From positions 1-59,961 of the forward strand of contig CALWKG010000005.1 of NCBI GenBank assembly GCA_944381205.1: a stretch of DNA of 59,961 bases, in the 5' to 3' direction. The stretch comes from an uncultured Clostridia bacterium. Lineage in GTDB: Bacteria > Bacillota > Clostridia > Christensenellales > UBA1242. Shown here one piece after another: positions 59,394 to 59,961 of this stretch; within the stretch, counting starts at the first letter, position 1; each line of letters opens with the position of its first letter. Below the pieces are notes generated by a model. It searched no databases. It saw only the letters and a list, made by a program, of their open reading frames with translations, and had not been told where the DNA came from. The translations under genes and the position numbers were made by a program.

Positions 59394-59961
59394 CTATTTA
59401 TAATTTGCAAAAAAATTTTTTATACTTTCAGCACGTTTTTCCAATTCTAAGATAGGAATTTTTTCATCTACACTATTTACACTTAATATAGGTAATGAAA
59501 TTATTGAAAGTTCTAATTTTTTTACTTTATCATTGTATATGCCCGCTTCACTAGAAGACCGCAAAGTCCCTTCATTTGCATTTAAATACTCGATTAAATC
59601 TTTTGATAGTGAGGTCTGTCTATCATAATTTAAAATAAGTTTATCAAAATTACAACTATGATTCTTTTCTTTTGCAAAGTTTTCTAGTTCATCTACCATC
59701 TTTTTACAAGACTTTTCACTACTTGATAATAAACAAACACTAATTTGTCCACTATTTGTATTTACACTGGTTATATACTGGGCTTGATACTCATCATTAT
59801 ATTGCCTTATAACTCCCTGTTTAAAATCTCGCATAAAAATTAAAAAATCGGTATCCTTTAATACAAGGCTATTTTTTGTTTCACGTATTAAACTTAAAAA
59901 CAAATTTTTATATATCGTTTTGTACTTATTATAAAAATCTTTTACAATCTTTCTTATCTCT
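59394..59961 (-). CDS. C-terminal part of a protein, probably degenerate PepD/M20C dipeptidase-like (5' end outside the window)
   Basis: Frame is open to the window edge. SSSEAGIY..K...LELSIISLPILSVNSVDEKI resembles the PepD tail HAGLECG...MISFGP.I...HSPDE. Confidence 0.45.
   Translation of the reverse strand, partial: EIRKIVKDFYNKYKTIYKNLFLSLIRETKNSLVLKDTDFLIFMRDFKQGVIRQYNDEYQAQYITSVNTNSGQISVCLLSSSEKSCKKMVDELENFAKEKNHSCNFDKLILNYDRQTSLSKDLIEYLNANEGTLRSSSEAGIYNDKVKKLELSIISLPILSVNSVDEKIPILELEKRAESIKNFFANYK

Overview
A very AT-rich, mostly minus-strand chromosomal segment from a low-GC Bacillota bacterium. Gene order, sigma-A and sigma-E-like promoters and streamlined operons suggest a reduced, probably spore-forming Clostridia-like organism (inference). 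The backbone is housekeeping: iscS-iscU, cinA-like, pgsA, rimO, ftsK, M16 peptidase, ylxY, pnp, rpsO, rubrerythrin, recJ, yajC-secF-secD, trxA, hslUV, topA, dprA, comM, hemW, lepA, glpQ, rplS-yraN-rnhB-rbgA-trmD-rimM-khpA-rpsP-ffh-ylxM, ftsY-smc-rnc-plsX and asd-dapA-dapB-lysC. I see no rRNA, tRNA, CRISPR array, transposase or integrase. Four things stand out. (1) 12760-18094 is a tandem array of five divergent paralogs with a HipA/CtkA/PI3K-like atypical kinase layout, and each appears to lack part of the catalytic set, so this may be a multi-subunit pseudokinase system. (2) ~27270-27575 is a structured ~300-nt non-coding element that resembles a half-size OLE RNA and has no downstream oapA. 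(3) The adjacent SecD/SecF lack their usual ion-coupling acidic residues, and the CinA-like and PepD-like proteins also look catalytically degenerate. (4) A coiled-coil orphan ends in two beta-clamp-type motifs. All family assignments are by eye from remembered motifs; no database search was run. Several starts were moved from the ORF track to the RBS-supported codon.
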